DNA of 23,452 nucleotides from Octopus sinensis (lineage: Eukaryota): assembly GCF_006345805.1 (NCBI RefSeq), contig NW_021836360.1, positions 1-23,452 of the forward strand, in the 5' to 3' direction. Under the pieces are notes generated by a model. That model was not told where the DNA came from. It searched no databases and saw only the letters and a program-made list of their open reading frames with translations. A program made the position numbers and the translations under genes. Within the stretch, counting starts at the first letter, position 1. Each line of letters begins with the position of its first letter. Shown piece after piece: positions 9,781 through 20,743 of this stretch.

Positions 9781-10189
9781 GTGCAGTGTGTTTGTGTTTA
9801 TGTTTCTAAAAAGTAGTGTTGATTGTTTTGTACCCTTACGTCTGCTAACTTAGCAGTTTGACAAATAGTGACCTGTAAACTGAGTAACAGACTGTAAGAT
9901 GTACTTGAAACCGAAACCCTATTATTGTGTAGCGAAAATCTTAACCATATGACTTTACCTGCTCCTTTAAACTTACACTACCTACACATACCTGTTTATG
10001 GAGAATTATTTTGGATCGTTTGGAATTATTAACTGAGACAGATCGACGTTCTAACCATGAGGATAGTTGTCTCCCCTTCGGTTAACTCTTTAATAAACAA
10101 CCAAGGTTTAGCAGCGGTTCTTAAAATCCACACCGCATATAGAGGCGAAGGAGACACAAAAATACAAAAAGAGGGAAAAAGCAAACGAA

Positions 10190-10535
10190 ATCATGGCGAA
10201 ATGGTCAAAATGATCGCTCTGTAATAATGAGGCCATGGCTTTGATCGTACTCCATGGCATCTGGCACCAGTATCTTTGACCCTAGCCTCGTGTCAGCCCA
10301 AAATGTGTGTGATTAGGTAAATGGAAAGTGTGTGGAAGCCTGCCGGATGAATTGTGTCTGTAATTCAATTCAAAGATCCAGTCTGAGACATTGTGTTACG
10401 CTGATTCATTTTGAGAGTTATATCGAGGGTACCCGTCTCTGAGGAATACTCAGCCATATATCCGTTTATTCAATTTGTAGGTAATTCAGTTTGGGCAAAC
10501 AACTGAACGCTCATCGTCGAAAATCAACTGAGGAT
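10190..10535 (+). mobile_element. Old diverged SINE with a family B-related 5' half
   Basis: catggcgaaatggtcaaa (A-box-like)...atggcatctggcaccagtatctttgaccctagcctcgtgtcagcccaa...gattaggtaaatggaaagtgtgtggaagcctgccg parallels family B gtggcaccttgggcaagtgtcttctactatagcctcgggccgaccaa...gatttggtagacggaaactgaaagaagcctgtcg. The 3' boundary is uncertain. Confidence 0.5.
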
Positions 10536-11229
10536 CATATCCATCACTAGCCGTCTGTAGTCCTACCTCCCAACCCTCATTTTTTTTTTCTCTCAGACGT
10601 CAAGAGATGTTTACACTGAATATCAACTGTATTGATGTCAGCACTCTCAGAATAGCTGGCAAAGACTGCAGAAACAGCCTCTTCCTGTCATTCAATCCAC
10701 CACCATTAATCGAAAACAAAACGACGTCTAGCCATCTCAGATACGAATCGTTGGCTTAATGAAAACGACTTATTCAAAATGCGAACTGAGGTTGAAGGAT
10801 GCTTCTCAACGAAAAAGTCACCACTACACACCGGCACCTCGCTTTATAAAACTGCATAGATAATCTAAATTCAATTTAAACTAACAGAGAAAAAAAAGCA
10901 TGTTTCATGTAAAGCTATCATGAGACTAATGTTTAGTAAAATAGCTCATGATTTTTTTTTATGTGAAAAAAATCTAATAACATGTAACCTATACGCCATA
11001 AAGAGAAGGAATTTTCTTCATAAACGTAAATATGATGCTGGCTTTGCATGACATTATAGTAAGGTTCCTGATTTGTTAAAATGAAAATCACAAATAGGAA
11101 AACAAACTACATTGCTTAGTAATGTATGAAATTCGGCATTCTTTTTTTTTAAATATATATATTAATTTTTAAATGCGTTTTAGCACTTTAATACTCAGAA
11201 AATATTTTCCATTTTGATTGAATAAATCC

Positions 11230-11478
11230 ATATGTATGTATGTATGTATTTGAAAGAAGATATATATGTACAAATATATTTATGCGTATACATTCATGTA
11301 TATGTATACATACACGAATATTTACCCTGCGCACACACACATGTATATATATGTTATATAAATATACATATACATATACATACATACATTCATACATATA
11401 TATGTAAGTGTATTTATATAACACGCACACACATGCACACATACACATATACATATGTATGTGTGTGTGTGTATGCAT
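11230..11478. repeat. Degenerate TA/CA/TG low-complexity tract
   Basis: Direct reading. Confidence 0.85.
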
Positions 11479-11552
11479 TTGAATAAGCAAGATTTAACTA
11501 TTTGGCTCATTGAAACGGCACAGCGCCAGTGCATAAATTTGCATAATTACAT

Positions 11553-11905
11553 ATCTTTTATCTTTTACTTGTTGCAGTCATTTGACAGTGGCCATGCTGG
11601 GGCACCGCCTTGAAGGGTTTTCGTTGAACAAATCGATCTCAGGATATATTTTTTTATTTTGAAGCCTAGAACTTATTCTATCGTTTTCGTTTGCCTAGCT
11701 GCTAAGTTACGGCGACGTAAGCACACCAACACCGGTTGTCAAGCGGTGGTGGGGGACAAACACAGACACAAAGGAACATACAAACATAGATATATAAATC
11801 TTCTCACAAGGCTTTGGTCGGCCCGAAGCTATAGTAGACACTTGTTCAAGGTTCCACTCAGTGGAACTGAACCCGGAACCATGTGGTGGGAAGTAAGCTT
11901 TTTTC
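11553..11905 (-). mobile_element. SINE family B, diverged copy with internal deletions
   Basis: cttttacttgttgcagtcatttgacagtggccatgctggggcaccgcc...cacaaggctttggtcggcccgaagctatagtagacacttg...gaacccggaaccatgtgg. Confidence 0.85.
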
Positions 11906-11922
11906 TACAAATACAAAACATA

Positions 11923-12240
11923 CAGGGGTTGGACAAAATAATGGCAACACCTTAAAATTTCAAACAAATTAATTTTAATGTGGGATAGGACCAACCTTGG
12001 CAGTAATTACAGCTTGAATAACTATGAGGTATGGACTCGTACAAAGTTTGAATTATTTTGAACTTTTGCCCATTCTTCTGCTAAAACAGTCTCCAGTTCC
12101 TGTAGTGATGATGCTGAAGGATATCGACTCCTTACTTGTTTTTCTAAAATGCATCATAAATGTTCAATGATATTGAGATCTAGGGACTGTGGTGGCCAGA
12201 TAAGATGTTCAACTTCACTAGAATGTTCAACTTCACTAGA
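11923..12240 (-). mobile_element. 3' end of a Tc1-family (DD34E-like) transposon with TIR and transposase C-terminus
   Basis: TA at 11921-11922, then CAGGGGTTGGACAAAATAATGG (Tc1-type terminus). Minus-strand translation EHLIWPPQSLDLNIIEHL*CILEKQVRSRYP..SLQELETVLAEEWAK matches the Tc1 motif WP.QSPDLN.IE.LW. Confidence 0.9.
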
Positions 12241-12279
12241 AATAAAGTTGTTATTAAAATATTACGATATATTTTTCCT

Positions 12280-12674
12280 TAAGTAGCTTGCTAACCAACC
12301 ACATGGTTGCGGGTTCAGTCCCACTGCGTGGCATCTTGGGCAAGTGTCTTCTGCTATAGCCTCGAGCCGACCAATGCCTTGTGAGTGGATTTGGTAGACG
12401 GAAACTGAAAGAAGCCTGTCGTATATATGTATATATATATATGTGTGTGTGATTGTGTGTCTGTGTTTGTCCCCTAGCATTGCTTGACAACAGATGCTGG
12501 TGTGTTTACGTCCCCGTCACTTAGCGGTTCGGCAAAAGAGACACTTAGAATAAGTACTGGGCTTACAAAGAATAAGTCCCGGGGTCGATTTGCTCGACTA
12601 AAGGCGGTGCTCCAGCATGGCCGCATTCAAATGACTGAAACAAGTAAAAGAGTAAAAGAGAGAGTAAAGAGTAA
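12280..12674 (+). mobile_element. SINE family B, slightly 5'-truncated
   Basis: Aligns to 1196-1614 from taagtagcttgct to the (aagagta)n tail. Confidence 0.92.
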
Positions 12675-12734
12675 TATATAATAATACTATATATTTTTAT
12701 GAAGTGTGTATACATTTTTTTGGGCGGAATCTGC

Positions 12735-12850
12735 ACACACACACGCACACACATGTATGTATGTATGTATGTATGTATGTATGTATGTATGTATGTATGT
12801 ATGTATGTATGTATGTATGTGTATGTAGGTAGGTAGGTATGTATGCAGGT
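12735..12850. repeat. (CA)n then (TATG)n microsatellite
   Basis: Direct reading. Confidence 0.95.
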
Positions 12851-13051
12851 AGGAAATAGTGAGAGATTGTCAATCAGGGCAAAATACTTCAAAAGGTCTC
12901 TGTTTGCACACCAGGCTGACAGTAGCGAAAAACTCCAAGTATTCTTATGGTAGTGTCCAAGCTGATTGCTCATTAAAATTCTATATTGTAAAACCGTGGT
13001 TGAGCTCCAGACAAACTGGTTTTTACACAGAGTGATATATAAGACAAATTA

Positions 13052-13102
13052 TACACACACACACACACACACGCACACACACACACACACACACACATTC
13101 AC

Positions 13103-13153
<51 letters not shown>

Positions 13154-13220
13154 GTACATATATATATATGTACATATATATATTATATATAGGCACACAC
13201 ACATATACACATACATATAC
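13052..13220. repeat. (CA)n and TA-rich microsatellite
   Basis: Direct reading. Confidence 0.95.
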
Positions 13221-13304
13221 TGTATGTGTTGTGTATTTGTACATCTTATAATATTTCTGCTTGTCATTCAGTTATTTAGCCCGTCGGTAACGTTCTCATG
13301 TGAT

Positions 13305-13638
13305 TAGAGAAAAAGAAAGAAAAAGAAAAGAGAGTGAGAGAGAAAAAGGAGGGAGAAAAAGAGGAAGAGAGATGTGTGCATAACGTGAAGTAGAGGGAAT
13401 GTAATTGTAACGCTTTCACGTGATAAGTTGAAGGGAAAGAGAGGAGAAAGAAAAAAGGTGAGAGGAAAAGACGGAGAGAGAAAAAGAGGGAGAGAGAAGC
13501 GTTTATGACGTGAGTTAGGGAGAGCGTAATATTTATTACGTGGTTCTAAAAGTTAGTCGAAGGTAATGATGATATAGAGGCGGAGAGTTAAAAATATGAT
13601 TTTAGCAGAAGGGTGCTGTTCTGATGGTGAGGTTAAAG

Positions 13639-13717
<79 letters not shown>

Positions 13718-13765
13718 GAAAGAGAGAGGAGGTGAGAGGAGACAAAGAGAGAAGGGGAGAGAGAA
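13305..13765. repeat. Purine-rich tract with a pure (AG)n at about 13645-13713
   Basis: Direct reading. Confidence 0.85.
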
Positions 13766-13937
13766 ATGATGATATAAACAGATACTCCTCAATATACCGT
13801 TTTTTGTGTGCGACACCACTCATTTGTACGCTGCTCAAATTAGTTAAAGCATTGAAACTGCGCAGGGCATGTCTACCAAATACTAGATTAAGCATTTAAA
13901 TGCGTCAAAGGACAAAATACCGTGCTGCATCTGCAAT

Positions 13938-13988
13938 TTTGCCAGCGAACAGGTTGCGGTTTCAAAGCGACGAAAATATTTTGACAAA
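13938..13988 (+). ncRNA. Candidate variant type I hammerhead ribozyme (G3-C8 swapped core), probably decayed
   Basis: TTTGCCA-GCGAACA-G-GTTGC ggtttcaaa GCGAC-GAAA-ATAT-T-T-TGACAAA: stem I 6 of 7 pairs, 5-bp stem II, GAAA, palindromic stem III AATATT. Core GCGAACA versus canonical CTGANGA. Confidence 0.45.
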
Positions 13989-14108
13989 TAAAATTTAAAT
14001 GTTGAAGTGAATCTAACTGTTTTTGTGTGTTTTTAAATGGCTTACAAACACCTTCCACGCAAGTCACTTGCTATGCAAGTACATCTCTGTATATATATAT
14101 ATATATAT

Positions 14109-14419
14109 ATCATCGTGATCATCGTGACTGACCAGTCTATCAAATGTTGCTACACATCGCTGGTCACAATGCTCTTCGCATTGTTTTAGCCTTTAAATGA
14201 CGCCACCACACTGGCTAAGCGAGCAGGCCAACAGAAGAAAGAGTGAGAGAAAGTTGTAGCGAAAGAGTACAGCAGGGACCCCCACCATCCCCTGCCGGAG
14301 CCTCGTGGAGCTTTAGGCGTTTTCGCTCAATAAACACTCACAACGCCCGGTCTGGGAATGGAAACCGCGATCCTACGACCGCGAGTCCGCTGCCCTGACC
14401 ACTGGGCAATTGCGCCTCC
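14109..14419 (-). mobile_element. tRNA-derived SINE family C (tRNA-Arg-like head)
   Basis: Reverse complement ggaggcgcaattgcccagtggtcagggcagcggactcgcggtcgtaggatcgcggtttccattcccagaccgggcg is tRNA-like; 3' end has (tcacgatga)n-like repeats; second copy at 16296-16605. Confidence 0.9.
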
Positions 14420-14774
14420 ATATATATATATATAATATATATATATATATATGTACATACTCACACATCGGCACCCCACCCACACCGCACACATATAAAT
14501 CATTAGACGGATATTATATAACATGCAAATATTATGTTTCTATTCTTATAACCCTCTTAGATACAAAAATGTGCACGCAAAAGCCATATTGGTGTTTGTA
14601 TATACATATACAATCACCAACATCATGTAAGCAATTGTTTATTGGAGGATGTATGCTTAGCTAATCAGCCGACATTTCGGACTATAGAGATGAAGAGAAA
14701 GTAATGGAGCATGCTCGTAGTATCTAATTTCTAATTTCGCTAATTTCTCCAGACTTAATTAGTAAGACAGACGA

Positions 14775-14789
14775 GCGGAAGTGACGTCA
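14775..14789 (+). promoter_or_regulatory. Overlapping ETS + CRE composite motif
   Basis: GCGGAAGTGACGTCA = ETS core CGGAAGTG overlapping the palindromic CRE TGACGTCA, inside non-repetitive-looking sequence. Motif match only. Confidence 0.3.
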
Positions 14790-15397
14790 GAACACTTATA
14801 ATTAACCCCGGGTTTTTTGCTCCTGGCACTCAACACGCTGAATCATTGAGCTTAATAAGTGTCTTCCTGTCTTGTATTAATGTGTGACTTTTAACAGATT
14901 CCACTCGAAAGGTAGCTTTGTACTTTACGTATCATTTGATATTTACGAACGTATATACATAGACAGACAGACTGACAGGCACACACACACAGACTGACGT
15001 ACACATACATATGTACGCAGGCATACGAACTTAGAGATGCACTGCCATAGATAAACACAAATATGCTTGCACACCTACAGACTGTTACGCATATATGTGC
15101 ATACACATATCTTAGTTACCTAGTTGTATATTTATACAATTTATTCAAAGAGATAAGAATGGAAATGGAATTTTAAACATGGATATATACGCCAACACAC
15201 GCGCACGCACACACACATATGTTTGTATACATATATGTATACATACACACATATATGCATACACTTATATATGTGAATCGTTACGCTGAATGTAATTATT
15301 ATCGTTGCGCTCTTACACTCGACAATGTATTCATAAATACACACATATATACAAATATACATATACACATACACACACATACTTGCATACATGCAAA

Positions 15398-15670
<273 letters not shown>

Positions 15671-15749
15671 ATAATTGTCAGCTAACATCTTGTTTTAATT
15701 TTCTTTTACCAAACCTCATGATATCGCTTCTAAAAAATCTTGATTTTTA

Positions 15750-16280
15750 TGACTATACCAACTATGATGTCTGTCTGCTCTCTCAGCCCTACTCTTAACA
15801 GATACTGCCTTCTGTTCTCTCAGCCTTAGATATACAAGGGATTTGATAAACTACTCTATAAATTAAAACTGACCCCATAAAAACAAAAGAAAATCAGTGA
15901 TAGGCAGAGTCTGTAACAATGTACATCTTCTTGAAAACTTAGTAACTTCTATGCTGGAGTAAGAACAGCATGTTCTTTGTCTATCTTCTTAACTTCTTGG
16001 AGATTTTAGGTATAGTTATACTAATGTGTCTATCTGTTCTAATTTAATTGTGCAGCTGAAGATTGCATTTTAAATTGATGTAATGATTGCATTGTTTAAT
16101 TAAATGGAGTTGCATGAAACGATCGTACAGCATTAACTCTGGATATCCTTGTTGCTTAGTTTGATTTTAATGAACTTACTTTGAAATTGTATGGATAATA
16201 CCGTACTAAATTCTGGTGCCGCAACTTAAGTACCATATTCATCTGAATCTAAATTTTTGCTGAATTTATCTACCATACCC
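15750..16280 (-). mobile_element. Possible very decayed R4/Dong-like LINE remnant
   Basis: Patchy minus-strand peptides MVDKFSKNL.., IKLEQIDTLV, QEVKKIDKEHAVLT and LYI.. occur in the order expected for R4/Dong RT (V..FS.DI, NKI.AINT, EL..IDRKTRKLLT, RLY.PR). Many stops and frameshifts. Confidence 0.3.
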
Positions 16281-16295
16281 AAATTTTATATTTAT

Positions 16296-16605
16296 ATCAC
16301 CGTGATCACCGTGACCGACCAGGCTATCAGATGTTGCTACACATCGCTGGTCACAATGCTTCGCATTGTTTTAGCCTTCAAATGGCTCCTCTCCGCTGGC
16401 TAAGCGAGCAGGCCAACAGAAGAAAGAGTAGGAGAGAAAGGTGTGGCGAAAGAGTACAGCAGGGGTCGCCACCATCCCCTGCTGGAGCCTCGTGGAGCTT
16501 TAGGTGTTTTCGCTCAATAAACACTCACAACGCCCGGTCTGGGAATGGAAACCGCGATCCTACGACCGCGAGTCCGATGCCCTGACCATTGGGCCATTGC
16601 GCCTC
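16296..16605 (-). mobile_element. SINE family C, second copy
   Basis: Colinear with 14109-14419. Confidence 0.9.
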
Positions 16606-16815
16606 ACACACACACACACACACACACAACCACACACACATACATACATACATACATACATACATACATACATACATACATACATGCACACACATATGTA
16701 TACTATGCAAATATGTATATTATATATATTATATATACATATATACATTTACACACACACTCATATACATATATACATAAATATGCCTGTATATGTATAT
16801 ATATATATATACAAT
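16606..16815. repeat. (CA)n/(CATA)n/(TA)n compound microsatellite
   Basis: Direct reading. Confidence 0.93.
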
Positions 16816-17070
16816 AATATAGGGTAATAATGATAGGGTAATAATAAATAGGGTAATAATAAATGTTTTAAACTTTCATTCCTTTCATGAATTTATCCCC
16901 TTTTGTGTTCTAGCAAAACGCTTCCTTATTTGGAAGCCTCTTATTGTATTTCTATATGAATAATATATAGTCTAATGACTAATTCGTCTTTTGTGCTAGG
17001 CCACTGGTAATAATAATTTATTATTACCCTATTTTAATGTGCTTAAATATTGTTTGATAATATTTGTTTT

Positions 17071-17306
17071 ACCTATTTCTTTACTACCCACAAGGGGCTA
17101 AACACAGAGGGGACAAAGAAGGACAGACAAACGGATTAAGTCAATTATATCGACCCCAGTGCGTAACTGGTACTTATTTAATCGACCCCAAAAGGATGAA
17201 AGGCAAAGTCGACCTCGGCGGAATTTGAACGCAGAACGTAACGGCAGACGAAATGCGGCTAGGCATTTCGCCTGGCGTGCTAACGTTTCTGCCAGCTCGC
17301 CGCCTT
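17071..17306 (-). mobile_element. SINE family A, head plus one core module
   Basis: Near identical to positions 54-289 of the window. Confidence 0.92.
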
Positions 17307-17448
17307 AAATTGTTCGTAAATTTTTTACCGGCATCCTCTCTGTCGCCGGGTATGATTTGCGCCTGCGCAGAGGTTTGAAAAGTTAGGATTTACAAACCGT
17401 TAGATCTACATGTGGTTCTAACAGTCTGTGCATCAGGATTATGAAGGC

Positions 17449-17528
17449 TATCCCACTGAAGAAACTGGCCTTGGCAAATATATTCTGTTTGTTTGCTGAA
17501 AATAGTTAGAAACCGTCGGTCTGGGATA
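17449..17528 (+). ncRNA. Type I hammerhead ribozyme, predicted cleavage after C17521 (GUC)
   Basis: Stem I TATCCCA/TGGGATA (7 bp perfect), core CTGAAGA 17456-17462, long stem II (AACTG/TAGTT plus TTGGCAAATA/TGTTTGCTGA), GAAA 17509-17512, stem III ACCG-T-CGGT, then C. One unpaired A precedes GAAA. Confidence 0.75.
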
Positions 17529-17634
17529 TAGTTGAGATGGTAAATGTTTTTAATTTTCACTCCTTTCATGAATTTATCCCTTTTTGTGTTCTAGCACAAC
17601 GCTTCCTTATTTGGAAGCCTCTTATTGTATTTCT

Positions 17635-17669
17635 CTCCTCTCTCTCTCCTCTCTCCTCTCTCTTCTCTC

Positions 17670-17713
<44 letters not shown>

Positions 17714-17752
17714 AATATATGTATATGTGTGTGGTGTGTGTGTGTGTGTATA
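17635..17752. repeat. (CT)/(TA)/(TG) compound microsatellite
   Basis: Direct reading. Confidence 0.9.
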
Positions 17753-18047
17753 CTTGGATTCAGTGAATCATGGGAAATTAATGGTAAGCATTACAGCCGA
17801 GGGACTGGCTATCAGGCCACACAGTAATTAAATTCCTATGTAATCAAACATAACTATGCATCTGAGAATCCGGAATACAGAAGCAGTAAAATTTCTACGG
17901 TGGAGTATATGATAGAAGAAAAAAAGATGAAGGATGCTAAAGAGAGGAATCTGAGGTGACAGAAATACGATCTAAAGACAAGTTTTCTGTCTTGTGTATT
18001 ATATATATATATAATAAAAAGTAAGGGTACGATATGTACCTGCTTGC

Positions 18048-18113
18048 TTCCACCGAGGTCGACTTTGCTTTTCATCCTTTCGGGGTCGATAAATTAAGTA
18101 CCAGTTGCGTACT
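18048..18113 (+). mobile_element. SINE family A core fragment
   Basis: ttccaccgaggtcgactttgcttttcatcctttcggggtcgataaattaagtaccagttgcgtact. Confidence 0.85.
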
Positions 18114-18125
18114 TTGACAAATAAA

Positions 18126-19078
18126 ATGCCGACTCAAGAAATGAAAGGACATATTGTTATTGTTGCCATGTGTGCAGAATACAGTGATTTAGAAATTAAA
18201 AACTTTATAAATGGTGCGAAATATTTTGTACATGAAAGTGTGGATGGAATTAGAAGCCTTTCGAAGGAATATTTCAACTGCTTAAAAAAACAAACAAACA
18301 AAAACAAAACAAAACAATCGCAACGTATTGACACTATAAGGACACAGCAATTTATCTAACGAGTTAAATATATTGCCAATGATAATCCCTGAAAATTAGT
18401 GAGACCCTTCGCCAAAGAACTTCAGGAATCGGAATGGACAACCAGAGCTGGTGCATGAGGACATTCGACACAAGTATGTACTAAGTAGAGGTCAATTCAT
18501 GTCTGTAAAGACATAGGAAAACCGTTGGATCGGTGCCAAGTGGTTACTTAAGAAGGTTAAAAACCCTCACAGATATAGCTTGTTTTGGTTCTTCCCTGAT
18601 GAAAATAAAATTCGATCAAGACCAAAGACTCACAGGAGAAATGACAGATTGTTATGTGTAGAGCCGTCTGATGTCCCCAGAGGGATCCGCAGGATCTTAG
18701 AATTAATGCTGATGGAAACGTTGAGGTGCTCGAGACGGTTAAGCCATGGATGGATGAAGTGCGTAGTGGAGGGCCATACTTGTTTCAACAAGACTCAGCA
18801 CTTTCTTACAAAGCCTGCGTAACCCAAAGATGCATGCCTGTGTAACATCACACTTGTGACTTTCAAACTCGCCATACGCTAGTCGCACGAACTTCTACGT
18901 TTGGAGCGTTGTTGAAAGGGAGATTAATCGACATTCTCACAATACCATAACTTCACTGAAGGCCTCCATTGTCCAGGTAAAGTCCAAAATGTATAAGAAC
19001 CATTCGGTACAGGTAAATCAACGATTCCAATCCTGCATTAAAACAGTGATCGAGGCAAAAGGCAGATCCATAAAATAA
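18126..19078 (+). pseudogene. Decayed Tc1/mariner-superfamily transposase (probably DD37D/maT-like)
   Basis: Across frameshifts: MPTQEMKGHIVIVAMCAEYSDLEIKNFI (HTH-like)..SQRIDTIRTQQFI..VHEDIRHK..WFFPDE..HRRNDRLLCVEPSDVP..GPYLFQQDSALSYKA..SNSPYASRTNFYVWSVVEREINRHSHNTITSLKASI..RFQSCIKTVIEAKGRSIK*. These correspond to the FSDE, FQQD.A and SPDLNP.DY..W motifs. No TIRs recognised. Confidence 0.88.
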
Positions 19079-19106
19079 TTTTATAAGAAAGCTTGTCTAT
19101 AAAATA

Positions 19107-19282
19107 TACTCTTTTACTCTTTTACTTGTTTCAGTCATTTGACTGTGGCCATGCTGGAGTACCGCCTTTAGTCAAGCAAATCCACCCCAGGACTTATTCT
19201 TTGTAAGCCTAGTACTTATTCTATCGATCTCTTTTGCCGAACCGGTAAGTTATGGGGACGTAAACACACCAGCATCGGTTGT
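19107..19282 (-). mobile_element. SINE family B, 3' half only
   Basis: tactcttttactcttttacttgtttcagtc...ggggacgtaaacacaccagcatcggttgt. Confidence 0.9.
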
Positions 19283-20743
19283 ACACATTTTTATTAAAAT
19301 ACTTTTTACTTTTTGCTGGATTAGAGATGTTTTATTAAATTACCAAATGTGCCCTCAAATACCACTCGCCTCTGTATTATTTCCACTCTATCAAGACGGC
19401 CTGCTTGTCTCCCCACTGTAAACGAACTTACAGAAAATTGCGGGTGCGGATATCACGAAATGACTTTTGTTGATATAGGTGACGACTATTTTCCCTGTAT
19501 TCTACACTTTTCCTCTTTCTTTTTTTATCTGACGAAGAGAATAAGGTTTACTATCATTCTCTTTAATGGATATCGCTGATTACGAAAAGTCAAGTGGATA
19601 AACAACAGAATCATTTGATGTTTTGACTTTATTTCAATCGCTGGGAATAAGCAAACGGAGTTTATCAGTTTTATTTATCTTTTACGTGATATATTAAATG
19701 TATTCTTCTCTTATTCTCGAAGATTTTGTAAAATAGAAATTTCTTTCAATTTTATCGCGAGGAAAAAAAGTTTACCGTTTTACGCAGCTGCGCTTTAAAA
19801 TAAGTCTGAATCTTATCTATGAGGAGTAAAATTTAATTGAATACTCACTGCATTGCCTTGTGTTTCGTGAAATTAAACTCGGTGACTTTTTGGTTGTTGT
19901 ACACCGATCTGTTTCAAAGCTCAACAGCAATTTAGTCAACAAATTTCAGACGACATGCCATGTCACATAAGGTCACTTATAAAGACTGAAATGCGTTTAT
20001 TTATGGCTTTTCGTTTCGTTTTATGTGTTAACCTGTGAAATTTCGAGGGTTTTCTCCTTGCACTTTTCTTGGCCAAAATTAGTCATCAAAAACAGGATTC
20101 ATTTTTCTGATCACGAAGCGTGTATAATTCAAGTATATCAATTCTATAGTTTAGAACCTATTGCATAGTGAGACATTTAACTATGTTTAAACACACCACT
20201 TCATATTGAGAAGCGATTTGTAGAATTACTTTTTGTTCTTTCTTCTTTGTTTTTAGGTTTGATAAAATTTCAGAAACAAGCTTATTTCCTAACATTCGTA
20301 TCACGTTTTCTAAGACAGAGTCATCCAAAGAAAATCTGCAGATGTACGAAGTTTCTGTTTATTGCGGCAGAGGTATTAATAAATGCTTTAAGTTATTGTT
20401 TAACCCCAAGTGAGCACCGACTGAAGACATTCCAGCTGTGTCCATTCCATCTTGTTTGAGTTCCAACTCCACCCTGATCAAAGAAACTTATAATAAAAAT
20501 GGTATTCCAGCAATGAATACTCCGCTTTGTTAAGACCACATCAGCCCTGATCGAGTGGTCGCGTGATAATGTTATTATCCTCCCACAATGATCATCACTT
20601 CTACCTTTGATCAGTTCTGACCGGTCACATCCTGCATTATAGACCGTATCTGGATCAAATCTTAATGTAGTATTTCTGTACTTGTCACCCCTAACTCTCA
20701 CCCTTAATTTATTATCTTATTTATCAATATTTATTTATCTGTT

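Larger units (their letters stand above)
16860..17634 (+). mobile_element. Retrozyme / Penelope pLTR-like unit: 94-bp terminal direct repeats around a hammerhead, interrupted by a SINE
   Basis: 16860-16953 and 17541-17634 are direct repeats (5 mismatches in 94). The hammerhead ends 12 nt before the second repeat. Period 681 bp, or about 445 bp after removing the SINE. Confidence 0.65.

Noticed and set aside
10575-10760. Polypyrimidine tract and AG at 10595-10596 followed by a ~53-codon open frame
   Set aside because: No recognisable protein motif or convincing donor site; such acceptors are common by chance in T-rich DNA.
10786-10819. Hammerhead-like CTGAG-GTTGA..TCAAC-GAAA..GTC
   Set aside because: The core is two nucleotides short and neither stem I nor stem III can pair.
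14340-14419. Functional tRNA-Arg gene (also 16525-16605)
   Set aside because: The tRNA-like head continues into a shared ~240-bp SINE body in both copies, and the T-arm/B-box is non-canonical.
20560-20700. Possible Penelope GIY-YIG C-terminal remnant upstream of the pyrimidine-rich tract
   Set aside because: Similarity is limited to a few residues interrupted by stops; not supportable without a profile search.
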